A stretch of 64,000 nt of DNA from Candidatus Omnitrophota bacterium (GTDB taxonomy: Bacteria > Omnitrophota > Gorgyraeia > Duberdicusellales > 4484-171). Positions within the stretch are counted from its first letter, which is position 1. The number at the start of each line of letters is the position of its first letter. The translations under genes were made by a program, and so were the position numbers. The notes below the pieces were generated by a model, which had not been told where the DNA came from, made no database searches, and was given only the letters and a program-made list of their open reading frames with translations. Below, in pieces: positions 9,667 through 18,639 of this stretch. The DNA lies in the NCBI GenBank assembly GCA_016935525.1, contig JAFGQU010000016.1, positions 32,342 to 96,341 of the forward strand, given 5' to 3'.

Positions 9667-9839
9667 ATATGAATATAGAAATATGTTCACTTACGCTCGC
9701 GAAATACGCCCACAGGGCGAAATAAGTGGCACTTCGTGCCACGAAATACAATTGTATTTCGCGGAGTGAAACGGAGCATATTTCACGAGTGTAGCGAGTA
9801 TATTTCGCAAAACGAAGTGCAGCATATTTCTATATATTT
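9665..9839. repeat. family F (GAAATA/TATTTC) inverted array with hairpin inserts
   Basis: Four GAAATA units, central gaaatacaattgtatttc, four TATTTC units; spacers include gcccacagggc and gtggcacttcgtgccac; related copy at 33304-33428. Confidence 0.8.
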
Positions 9840-9857
9840 AAATTAAGGAGGACCCAC

Positions 9858-10490
9858 ATGGTAGAGTTGATTATTAAAGGCGGATGGTTGATGGCTCCGA
9901 TCATTTTGAGTTCGGTGCTTTCTTTGACGATCATGATCGAACGGTTTATCTGTTTTGTCCGTATCCGGCTTAATGTGACGGAACTGCTGAACGAGATCTT
10001 CAGTTATGTCAAAAAGAACCGGATCAAAGAAGCGATAGACCTGTGCGTCAAGAATCCTTCGTATCTTACCAATATCCTGAAAGCCGGCTTGTTTCATTAC
10101 GACCAGTCTAAAGAAATAGTGAAAGAGTCGATGGAAAACGCTTCGTTATATGAAGTGCCCCGGCTGGAAAAGAACCTTAATTTTTTAAGTACCCTGGCGC
10201 ATATTACTCCGCTTCTGGGGCTTCTGGGGACGGTCGTGGGGTTGGTGAAATGTTTTGTGGTCATCGAGCAGAAAGCGATCAGCGTGGGGGTCGTGAACCC
10301 TTCGGATCTGGCCGGAGGGATATGGGAAGCGCTGCTTACTACCGCGGCCGGGCTATGTGTGGCGATCCCTACGTTTTTAGCGTACAATTATTTCGTCCAT
10401 AAGGTGAATATGTATATACTCGCGGCCGAACGGGCAAGCACGGAATTATTGGAAGTGCTTGCCGAAAGAAGTTATAGCAATGAAATTTAA
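9858..10490 (+). CDS. exbB: MotA/TolQ/ExbB proton channel protein
   Basis: PLLGLLGTV and GIWEALLTTAAGLCVAIP motifs; AAGGAGG RBS. Confidence 0.9.
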   Translation: MVELIIKGGWLMAPIILSSVLSLTIMIERFICFVRIRLNVTELLNEIFSYVKKNRIKEAIDLCVKNPSYLTNILKAGLFHYDQSKEIVKESMENASLYEVPRLEKNLNFLSTLAHITPLLGLLGTVVGLVKCFVVIEQKAISVGVVNPSDLAGGIWEALLTTAAGLCVAIPTFLAYNYFVHKVNMYILAAERASTELLEVLAERSYSNEI

Positions 10491-10878
10491 AAAACGCCTT
10501 ACCCCCGAAAGCGGGATCAAACAGCTGGAGATCACTCCGTTGCTCGATTGTATTTTCCTTCTGCTTATTTTCTTTATGCTTACTTCTAATTTCATCGTCG
10601 TTCCCGGGATCAATGTGAAGTTGCCTAAAGCCGTAAGCAGTGACGCGGTCAATACGCGTACGGCGACGATCGTGGTATCTTCGGAAAATATCATCTATTT
10701 AGACGGCGAACCGATCAGCCGAAAAGAGCTGGAAGAGTACCTGAAAGCCGGCAATACCGAATCGGTCTTTATCAAGTCCGACCGGGATACCAGTATGGGG
10801 ACGGTAGTGGAGATATGGGATATCTGTAAACGCCTGGGGATAGAAAAAATCGGTATTGCTACCACCTATGGGGATTGA
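10480..10878 (+). CDS. exbD: ExbD/TolR family protein
   Basis: ITPLLDCIFLLLIFFM motif; start set to ATG 10480. Confidence 0.9.
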   Translation: MKFKKRLTPESGIKQLEITPLLDCIFLLLIFFMLTSNFIVVPGINVKLPKAVSSDAVNTRTATIVVSSENIIYLDGEPISRKELEEYLKAGNTESVFIKSDRDTSMGTVVEIWDICKRLGIEKIGIATTYGD

Positions 10879-11443
10879 TGGAAGATCCAAACCTTTTTCA
10901 AGAAGGTCTTCTTTGTTCTGGGCGTTTTTTTTCGCTCTGCTTTTTCATATCGTGATCTTTCTGTCGGTCCAGCCGACTCTTTATAAGCAGGATACCCCAG
11001 TGTTGACCAGCTGGTTGGGCTTGTTATCGATAGATGACCTGAAATCGTCTTCTTTGCACAAGAGTCCGCTCAGTAAAGAATTGATTCCGTCCCAGATCTC
11101 TAAAAGTTTTTTCCTGACCTTCCATCCCGACAGCTCAGTTCCCGGGCGGGTACACCAACGCGGGATATTTTCTAAAAAAGAAGCGCTTGCGTATGTATTC
11201 CGGGAAGAGGTCGTGTTATCAAAAGAATTTATTCCGTTTGCGCCGATCACCGATACCGAGTCGAGAGAGCTTATCTATCGGGCCGAAATATCGCCGCAAG
11301 GGCGGGTATTGCTGGTGACTCCGCTGATCTTACCTATCCATGTGAGTACCGAGAATTATGTGGAAGAATACTTAAAATCGTCGTTTTTTCGTCTGGGTGA
11401 AAATGATTTTATCTGGACAAACGTATATTTGGTGATAGAATGA
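10868..11443 (+). CDS. hypothetical membrane-anchored protein, possibly a divergent TonB/TolA-like partner
   Basis: N-terminal TM helix ending ALLFH (resembles the TonB SxxxH helix); follows exbBD. Confidence 0.5.
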   Translation: MGIDGRSKPFSRRSSLFWAFFFALLFHIVIFLSVQPTLYKQDTPVLTSWLGLLSIDDLKSSSLHKSPLSKELIPSQISKSFFLTFHPDSSVPGRVHQRGIFSKKEALAYVFREEVVLSKEFIPFAPITDTESRELIYRAEISPQGRVLLVTPLILPIHVSTENYVEEYLKSSFFRLGENDFIWTNVYLVIE

Positions 11444-11658
11444 GACTTGATATTGGCCTGCTTTTTGTGTTATTTTTCTGTTTCGAATTAATAATAGTGT
11501 TTGCCAATATCCAGTTCGAGAATTATAGCTTTTTAAAAAGAAGGATCGCGAAAGCTAAAATAGTAAAGTGTGAAGTATGTTCATACGTGTATTTTAATTC
11601 GGCGATAACCGTGTACTCAAAATGCCCAATATGCCAGAGTATCGCAAAAACAACATGA
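11440..11658 (+). CDS. small membrane protein with a zinc ribbon
   Basis: TM helix, CEVC...CPIC; ATGA overlap with neighbouring genes. Confidence 0.65.
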   Translation: MRLDIGLLFVLFFCFELIIVFANIQFENYSFLKRRIAKAKIVKCEVCSYVYFNSAITVYSKCPICQSIAKTT

Positions 11659-11870
11659 TCACCGAAATCGGGATAGTCGCGGGGGAAATATGGCATTTTC
11701 TTGACCGTAACGGCGAGGTAAATATCGATGTCCTTTTCGCCGGTATTGAACGCCGTCAGGAAGTGGTTCTGATGAGCCTGGGATGGCTCGCCCGGGAAGG
11801 GCATGTCGTTCTCTGGTATATCGACGGAAAATATCAGGTCGGTTTAAGAAAACCCGGCGATGAGTATTAA
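11655..11870 (+). CDS. winged-helix protein (DUF2582-like)
   Basis: IGIVAGEIWHFL...MSLGWLAREG. Confidence 0.85.
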   Translation: MITEIGIVAGEIWHFLDRNGEVNIDVLFAGIERRQEVVLMSLGWLAREGHVVLWYIDGKYQVGLRKPGDEY

Positions 11871-11950
11871 AATAAAAACTACAGTAAACAAAATCCTGCT
11901 TCTCGTATTGAAAATACACCTGTAAATATTATATAAATATCAGAGGGTCT

Positions 11951-12268
11951 ATGAACAGCACTGCAAAAAAAGGAGTGATTTTAGCGATTACGGCGATCAT
12001 GCTTATCGTCATATCTCTTCTGGCGCTTGTCGCCCTGTTTGTGATGACTCAGGAAGCCCGGGTCGCTGAACATAAGATCAAACGTATCCGGGCTTATTAT
12101 GCCGCCAAAGCCGGCCTGGTCTATGCGTTCGAAATGATCAACCGCGGTTCGGCTACAGTCAATACCGTACCTCCGCTTGATGTCGGGGACGTAACGGTTT
12201 CTTTTTCCGGTACCCCGAATGCCGGCCCCAATGAGACCGATACGCTTTCAGCTACGATCACCTACTGA
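11951..12268 (+). CDS. PilX/GspK-like minor pilin
   Basis: KKGVILAITAIML prepilin-like N-terminus; RAYYAAKAGL motif. Confidence 0.75.
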   Translation: MNSTAKKGVILAITAIMLIVISLLALVALFVMTQEARVAEHKIKRIRAYYAAKAGLVYAFEMINRGSATVNTVPPLDVGDVTVSFSGTPNAGPNETDTLSATITY

Positions 12269-12612
12269 TTCCCCCTTTTTTTACCGCTTACCTTATATAA
12301 TGAGAAGGTTATTCGAAATAGACCGGTTATATCTTGGATAGGGGATACCCTTTTATACGTATTATGGGATATACTGCGTGTGACAGACTGCGGTGAGGCA
12401 GTCGTATGACGTGCTTGCCCCGTTGTGAAACTTATGAGGTGTTGTGTGGCTTGACCTGTGGGTTCTGTGGTGAGATCGCGCTTATGAGGTACGCTTTCGA
12501 GGTATACTCCTCAAGGAGGGTGGGAGCCATTCGGAGGAGGCACAATATATTGTTATAGTAAGCAGGCGGCTACAATATGTATGAGATTATAAGAAAATTA
12601 TAGAGAAATGAC

Positions 12613-12641
12613 TTGACATAGGTTAAGATAACTATTTAAAT
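12613..12641 (+). promoter_or_regulatory. sigma70 promoter of the pilus operon
   Basis: TTGACA-17 bp-TTAAAT. Confidence 0.55.
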
Positions 12642-12665
12642 GTATATATAAAGAAAGTTAACAAT

Positions 12666-12857
12666 ATGAAAAGAAAGAGTGAAAGAGATTTAATGGATGT
12701 TGATGAATTAGCCGAGTATCTGGGGTTGCGCAAGCAGACTATCTATAATTGGCTCCATAAACGTAAGATTTCCGGGATAAAGATCGGGAAAGTCTGGCGT
12801 TTTGAGCGGGATGAGATACAGAACTGGCTCCGGGAACATCGGGTTAAAAAGATATGA
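12666..12857 (+). CDS. helix-turn-helix DNA-binding protein (excisionase-like, HTH_17)
   Basis: LMDVDELAEYLGLRKQTIYNW...KIGKVWRF. Confidence 0.9.
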   Translation: MKRKSERDLMDVDELAEYLGLRKQTIYNWLHKRKISGIKIGKVWRFERDEIQNWLREHRVKKI

Positions 12858-14323
12858 GAGAAATAGGCCTATATTTAGGAAACCAGACCCTTTCGGCTGC
12901 GGCTACCGAAAATAAGAAAGTGATCTCTTTCAGTAATTATAGCCTCAGCGAAAGTGACGCGAAACCTCAGGATAACGAACTTAATTTCGAGGTTTCGCTC
13001 AATAAAGTATCCCGCGAACTGCAGCTCCAGCAAAATGAGACGATAAATCTTGCCATTGCCGATAAAGAATTTATTATCCGTTCGTTTGTGATTCCTTCGA
13101 TGAGCCGTAAAGAGATCGAAAGCAGTATGGAATTCGAGATCGATAAATATATCCCTTTTAAAATGGAGGATCTCGAGTGGAATTACAGTTATGAGCGGAT
13201 TTCCCGGGAAAATAAGATCCTGGTCTCTTTTATCGGGTATAAACGGAAGAATTTCACTCAATATACCGATTCGTTCAACCGGTTGGGGTTTACTCCTAAA
13301 GTGATTGAACCGGGGGGGCTGGCGCTCATGCGTATGGTCAAGAGTATGAGCCAGTATGTGAACCTGAAATGGTATGCCATTTTAGAGGTCGCTCCCAAAC
13401 AGGGAAATATTACGTTCTTTTACAATACGTTACCGGTGTTCAGCCGGGTAGTAAGTGTCGATCATGAGGGTAAAATAGATGCCGCGAAAGTCCTGGAAGA
13501 AACCCGGTTTTCTTTTCAATATTTTAAACGGGAATTTCGCGCCTATGACCTGGAAAAACTGCTCGTGATTACACAAGAAGCTCCTGAAAGTCTCGCGTCT
13601 ATGGGTGAAAGCCTGGAGTTACCGGTCGAATTTATCAATCCCGGTGAGCTGGTCGGCGCCGATCAGGTAGATGTTTCGCGGTTAAAAGCCTATAGTAGTG
13701 CTACTTTTGACCATTTCATCCGCCGGTTTAGTCCTTGTATCAAACTTGAATCTCCTTTTTTAGGGGGAGTGCCGGCAAAAGTCTCACCGTTTCGAACGGC
13801 GATCGCGATCGCGATCGTGGTAGTGGGGGTGGTGATCACTATTTTCATAAATGCTTCGTATCATCGTAAAATAGTCGCTCAGGAAAAGATGCTGGAACAG
13901 AAACAGAAAGAAGTCCAGTTAAGTGACGACTTAAAACGGCAAAATATAAGAAGTATCCGGCGTTATATCGAAGAAAAAGAAAAACAGATCAATGTGTTGG
14001 CGACAAGGACCAAAGCCCGTATCGAAGCAGCTCCGATCCTTAAACAGATAGAACAGGCGGTTTTGGACGGAGCCCAGGGGGTATGGTTGAGTAAGGTTAA
14101 CTTCAACGGCGGCCGGGGCAAAAACGACGCGAATATACGTATTACCGGATATATCTATCTAAACGACCCTAACGAGGAGACGCTCAGTTTAGACCGGCTG
14201 ATGCTTAATTTAAACCGTGACAGTAAGATCAAAGAATCATTTTCCCGTCTGGAATTGGGCGGAAAAGATAAAGAAAGTTACGAAGGATTTGAGGTAACCA
14301 TGTTCCAAATCAAGTTATACTGA
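12854..14323 (+). CDS. PilM-PilN fusion pilus assembly protein
   Basis: Actin-like PilM region (EFEIDKYIPF) plus TM helix, coiled coil and GVWLSKV PilN domain. Confidence 0.75.
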   Translation: MREIGLYLGNQTLSAAATENKKVISFSNYSLSESDAKPQDNELNFEVSLNKVSRELQLQQNETINLAIADKEFIIRSFVIPSMSRKEIESSMEFEIDKYIPFKMEDLEWNYSYERISRENKILVSFIGYKRKNFTQYTDSFNRLGFTPKVIEPGGLALMRMVKSMSQYVNLKWYAILEVAPKQGNITFFYNTLPVFSRVVSVDHEGKIDAAKVLEETRFSFQYFKREFRAYDLEKLLVITQEAPESLASMGESLELPVEFINPGELVGADQVDVSRLKAYSSATFDHFIRRFSPCIKLESPFLGGVPAKVSPFRTAIAIAIVVVGVVITIFINASYHRKIVAQEKMLEQKQKEVQLSDDLKRQNIRSIRRYIEEKEKQINVLATRTKARIEAAPILKQIEQAVLDGAQGVWLSKVNFNGGRGKNDANIRITGYIYLNDPNEETLSLDRLMLNLNRDSKIKESFSRLELGGKDKESYEGFEVTMFQIKLY

Positions 14324-14832
14324 TGCAACAGCAGATATTACAATTTATCAATGATTATAAAAAAATAGTGGCTGCCGGTTTGATCCTGGTCGTATGTCTG
14401 TTCAGTATCTACCACAATAAGGTCCGTTACCAGGAAAAAGTCAAGGCTTTAGAACGGACAGTCAAAGAGTGGAATGAGAAGATGGCTCTCGGTAAAGATC
14501 TGACCAAGAGAGAACAGACCTACGAAAAGATCAATGAATATTTATTGCGTGACTTTTTCCAGTTAAAACAGATCATCGATGCCGCTGCCCGTAAAGAGAA
14601 CATCGTTTTTAATTCGCTCCGTCAATCATTAAAGGGAGAACAGGAATTGTTTCGTGAAATAAATGTCGAGGTCACCTTATTGGCTTCTTATGATCAGTTG
14701 GTAGACTTTCTCGCGGATCTGGAGAAAAATCCGGCGGTAAGCATGGAACAGTTAAATATAAATTTTAAAAATGACCCGAATGCTCTGGAAATTCAATTGA
14801 ATATAGTAGGGTTGATGAGGAAGACTCAATGA
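14323..14832 (+). CDS. pilO: PilO/GspM-like protein
   Basis: TM helix, coiled coil, ASYDQLVDFLADLE. Confidence 0.75.
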   Translation: MQQQILQFINDYKKIVAAGLILVVCLFSIYHNKVRYQEKVKALERTVKEWNEKMALGKDLTKREQTYEKINEYLLRDFFQLKQIIDAAARKENIVFNSLRQSLKGEQELFREINVEVTLLASYDQLVDFLADLEKNPAVSMEQLNINFKNDPNALEIQLNIVGLMRKTQ

Positions 14833-15326
14833 GGTTATTCGCATGTATAGTGGCCGTGGTTATTATAGGTAACGGAGTGTCGTTTTTAGCTCAGGCTCAA
14901 CCGGCTCCGGTCAATATTTTTGAACCAAGAATACCGCAAACCAGGAAAACAAAATCAGCGACCACCAGCGAAACGGAGAGTCCTTCAAGGTCTTCGGGTA
15001 CGGTTTCTCAGTCTATGGGCTCCTCCCGCAGTACCAAACGGTTTTCTTCGGAGATAGAAAATGTCCCGGTTGCTCCGGAAAAGATCTCTTTGAATGTCGA
15101 AGGGGTGATCTGGGGTACGATCGTACCGAAGGCGATCATTGACGGCGACATCTACAGCGAAGGAGACCGGGTAATAATCGACGCGGGCAAAAAAGAAGCC
15201 CCGATTTCGGACGCGGTCATCCGCAAGATCGATAAATTAGGGGTGCATGTCGAATATGCCGGGAGGATGTATACTGTGGACGTTGTCGATAAGCCGAGTA
15301 GTAAGAAAAAAAATAAGAAAAAGTAA
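14829..15326 (+). CDS. PilP/GspC-like protein
   Basis: Signal peptide, NIFEP, LNVEGVIWG..KAIIDG..YSEGD. Confidence 0.7.
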   Translation: MRLFACIVAVVIIGNGVSFLAQAQPAPVNIFEPRIPQTRKTKSATTSETESPSRSSGTVSQSMGSSRSTKRFSSEIENVPVAPEKISLNVEGVIWGTIVPKAIIDGDIYSEGDRVIIDAGKKEAPISDAVIRKIDKLGVHVEYAGRMYTVDVVDKPSSKKKNKKK

Positions 15327-15422
15327 TCTCGTTCAGCCGGATACATTCATTGATAAATATCTGTCTTAGCTCATTTGTGTTATAAAATGATAGCGAATAA
15401 GATAAAAGAAGGAGGATAATCC

Positions 15423-16898
15423 ATGAGAAAATTACTTATAATTATACTGTTTCTTTTCTGTATTCCTCTCCTTGTCTATCCCGACATAGATATCGATAAT
15501 ATCTATGGCGATCATCTGATCACCCGCGCGAAGAAAAAAGTCTCGATGAACCTGGAGAACGTCGATCTGGTAGATCTGTTGAAAATATTATCGCAACAGA
15601 CCGGGCTTAACTTTATTTCTACCGAAGCGGTGCAATCGCGCAGTATCACGCTTTATATCGAAAACGCCCCGCTTAAAGAGGCGATGGATATCATTTTCAA
15701 GGCAAACCATCTGTCTTACGATTACTACCCGGAGGCGAATATGTTTATCGTCAAAGAAATGGGGCAGCCGGGATTAGAATTAAAGACGAAAGTATATAAG
15801 TTGAAATATACCCGGGTCCAGAGGACGCGTATACAAAGAGAAATAGAAGAAGTGATCTCTACCGACAGCGACGAACTTGAAGATGAAGAGGGGATTGTCG
15901 CCGCGATCGAGCGGGTATTGACTGTGAACGGTAAAGTCATTTCCGAACCGCTTTCCAATTCGATCGTAGTCGTCGATGTGCCTACTCAATTTCCGGTGAT
16001 CGATGATGTGATCGCTTATTTAGACGTACCTCAGCCGAAAGTGCTGATCGAAGTAGAAATGGTCGATGTGTCCAAGCAACTTATGGATAAAATGGGATTC
16101 CAATGGGGGTCCGGACAACAGCCCGGATTTACGGCAACGGTAACCGGAGGGGCTTATGATAATCCCTGGCCGTTCCCTAACAGGCTGCTGAACAGTATTG
16201 CCTGGTCGTCGACTCCCGAGCGTACGTTAACGTTAGGAACGCTTGACCTGACCAAGTTTCAGGCAGTTATGGAATTTGTCAAATCCGATACCGACAGCAA
16301 GATGCTTGCCCGTCCTAAAATACTTTCGCTCAATAACGAGACGTCCGAGGTAAATCTTACTACCGATGAAGCGATCGGGCTTATCACCACAGTTTCCGAT
16401 AGCGGGACTATTACTCAGGAGATCGAACGTACCGAAACCGGTACTAAATTACGGGTTACTCCTCAGATCAACCTGCGTACCCGGGAGGTCACTCTGGTAT
16501 TAGAGGTGTTTACCAAGACCGCCGAAGCCAGCGGTTTTGTGTTGACCGGGACTGCCGCGGGAACCGTCATGAACCCTACGCAACGGGGAACAAAATCGGT
16601 ATTACGCTTGAACGATAATCAGACCCTGCTTATCGGAGGGCTGATCCGGGAAGATAAAGAAAATACCCGGGTAAAAGTGCCTTTCCTGGGAAAGATCCCG
16701 TTTCTTGGCGGAGCGTTCCGTCATAAAAGTAAGACCGATGACTCACGGGAACTGTTGATTTTCCTGACCCCGCGTATTATCGACGATGATATCTATTACA
16801 GCGAAGCTCCTCAGTCGATACCCCGAGAACAGAGTGAACAGGGGATGAAACGAGATTTGATTCATACGACATTAGATAGATATTCGCCACGAAGATAA
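15423..16898 (+). CDS. pilQ: secretin (PilQ/GspD family)
   Basis: LDVPQPKVLIEV, ARPKILSLNN, LRVTPQI and KVPFLGKIPFLGGAFR motifs. Confidence 0.93.
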   Translation: MRKLLIIILFLFCIPLLVYPDIDIDNIYGDHLITRAKKKVSMNLENVDLVDLLKILSQQTGLNFISTEAVQSRSITLYIENAPLKEAMDIIFKANHLSYDYYPEANMFIVKEMGQPGLELKTKVYKLKYTRVQRTRIQREIEEVISTDSDELEDEEGIVAAIERVLTVNGKVISEPLSNSIVVVDVPTQFPVIDDVIAYLDVPQPKVLIEVEMVDVSKQLMDKMGFQWGSGQQPGFTATVTGGAYDNPWPFPNRLLNSIAWSSTPERTLTLGTLDLTKFQAVMEFVKSDTDSKMLARPKILSLNNETSEVNLTTDEAIGLITTVSDSGTITQEIERTETGTKLRVTPQINLRTREVTLVLEVFTKTAEASGFVLTGTAAGTVMNPTQRGTKSVLRLNDNQTLLIGGLIREDKENTRVKVPFLGKIPFLGGAFRHKSKTDDSRELLIFLTPRIIDDDIYYSEAPQSIPREQSEQGMKRDLIHTTLDRYSPRR

Positions 16899-16908
16899 TT
16901 AGTAAACG

Positions 16909-18612
16909 ATGCCAAAACACAAACGTTTGGGAGAAATTCTTGTGGCTGAAGGGATGGTTACATCTGAACAGCTGCAGGAAGCTGTTGCTTTTCAGAAAGA
17001 AGACGGAGGAAGATTGGGTGATGTCCTCGTCAAGCTGGGGTATGTCACCGAAGAGCAGATCCTTATTGCCTTAAGTAAACAGCTGGCTATTCCCTACGTG
17101 ACGCTTACTTCCGGAAAATTAAAGCCGGATACCGACCAGAATCTGGAAGAGATCATCCCTTACGAGTTCGCGGTACGTAACCTTATCCTCCCGCTTTCCC
17201 GCAGTTATAATTCGCTTACCGCGGCTATTTTCGACCCGTTAGACCTGATCCTTATCGATAATGTCCGCAAGATGACCAATAGCGAGATCAATCCGGTATT
17301 GGCGACCAAGACCGATATCCTCAAAGCGATCGAAGATTTCTACGGCCGGGAGAAGATCTTTAAAGAAGCTATCCAGGCCGCCTACGGAGACGGGATCGAG
17401 GAAATCAAAGATATCTCTTCGGAAACGGAACTCAGTTTAGATAAACTTATCGCTAAAGCGGAAGAGGCACCGGTGATCAAACTGGTCGACCTTATGGTCC
17501 GCCAGGCGATCGAAGAAGGCGCGTCCGATATTCATATCGAACCGCAGCGGGATAAATTGCGTCTGAGGTACCGTATTGACGGGATCTTGTATGAGATCTC
17601 TCCTCCGACTAAAGCGTTGCACCTGCCTATTGTCTCGCGTATTAAGATCCTTGCCCGGATGGATATCGCCGAAAAGCGGCTTCCTCAGGACGGGAGTTTT
17701 ATGGTGAAGATCCATGAACGGCTGATCGATCTGCGGGTCTCCAGTGTCCCGACTATTTACGGCGAAAAGGTCGTTATGCGTATTTTGGATAAATCACGGG
17801 TCCCGTTAGATCTTTCCAAGATCGGGTTTCTCGGCCAGGAGTTAGGGATGATCAAAAAAGGTATTAATTATTCTTATGGATTAGTATTTTTAACCGGGCC
17901 GACCGGCTCAGGTAAATCGACTACATTGTATGCCGGGTTGAACGAGCTGAACGGGGCCGGTAAGAATATTACTACGATCGAGGATCCGGTTGAATACCGG
18001 TTAGACGGGGTGAACCAGGTCCAGGTGAAACCGGAGATCGGGCTTACGTTTGCCAACGTCCTGCGTAGTTTCCTGCGGCAGGATCCGGATATCATCCTGG
18101 TCGGAGAGGTCCGTGATCTTGAGACCGCGGAGATCTGTATCCGGTCGGCATTGACCGGCCATCTGGTTTTATCGACACTGCATACCAATGACGCGGTCGG
18201 GGCGGTAATGCGCCTGGTCGATATGGGGATTCCCAATTATCTGGTGGCCTCTTCCCTACGGCTGGTAGTAGCTCAACGGTTAGTAAGAAAGTTATGTCCG
18301 GCGTGTAAAGAGCCTTACGAAATAAAAAAAGGAGATATCCCGGCCGGCCTTAATCTCACTGCTTCGGTGATCCATAAGCCGAAAGGGTGTGAGGCGTGCC
18401 GGTATATCGGTTTTAAAGGCCGGACATTGATCACCGAGGTCATTCATGTCGATGAAGAGCTGAGAGAAGCGATCCAGCGTAAGATGAGCCCCTCGGAGAT
18501 CATGCAGATCGCGAAGAAGAAAGGGACTTTAAGCCTGCTTGAGAGCGGGATCAAGAGAGTTGAGGAAGGCACTACATCGTTAGAAGAGATATTGTCAGTT
18601 GTCGCCTATTAA
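16909..18612 (+). CDS. pilB: pilus assembly ATPase (PilB/GspE) with an N-terminal MshEN c-di-GMP-binding motif
   Basis: RLGEILV...RLGDVLV, GPTGSGKST, LRQDPDIILVGEVRD, LTGHLVLSTLHTND. Confidence 0.96.
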   Translation: MPKHKRLGEILVAEGMVTSEQLQEAVAFQKEDGGRLGDVLVKLGYVTEEQILIALSKQLAIPYVTLTSGKLKPDTDQNLEEIIPYEFAVRNLILPLSRSYNSLTAAIFDPLDLILIDNVRKMTNSEINPVLATKTDILKAIEDFYGREKIFKEAIQAAYGDGIEEIKDISSETELSLDKLIAKAEEAPVIKLVDLMVRQAIEEGASDIHIEPQRDKLRLRYRIDGILYEISPPTKALHLPIVSRIKILARMDIAEKRLPQDGSFMVKIHERLIDLRVSSVPTIYGEKVVMRILDKSRVPLDLSKIGFLGQELGMIKKGINYSYGLVFLTGPTGSGKSTTLYAGLNELNGAGKNITTIEDPVEYRLDGVNQVQVKPEIGLTFANVLRSFLRQDPDIILVGEVRDLETAEICIRSALTGHLVLSTLHTNDAVGAVMRLVDMGIPNYLVASSLRLVVAQRLVRKLCPACKEPYEIKKGDIPAGLNLTASVIHKPKGCEACRYIGFKGRTLITEVIHVDEELREAIQRKMSPSEIMQIAKKKGTLSLLESGIKRVEEGTTSLEEILSVVAY

Positions 18613-18639
18613 AGTGTAGGATAAAGAGAGGAATACATC

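Noticed and set aside
9665-9839. Possible CRISPR array (also 33304-33428)
   Set aside because: Anchors are only 6-8 bp, spacers are under 20 bp, orientation inverts mid-array, and no cas genes are present.
12269-12612. c-di-GMP riboswitch, oriC or dif site
   Set aside because: No GGCAAA/GAAA/GACGCAA consensus, DnaA-box cluster or dif consensus could be recognised by eye.
12666-12857. Excisionase indicating a prophage or ICE
   Set aside because: No integrase or phage genes nearby; the gene is translationally coupled to pilMN.
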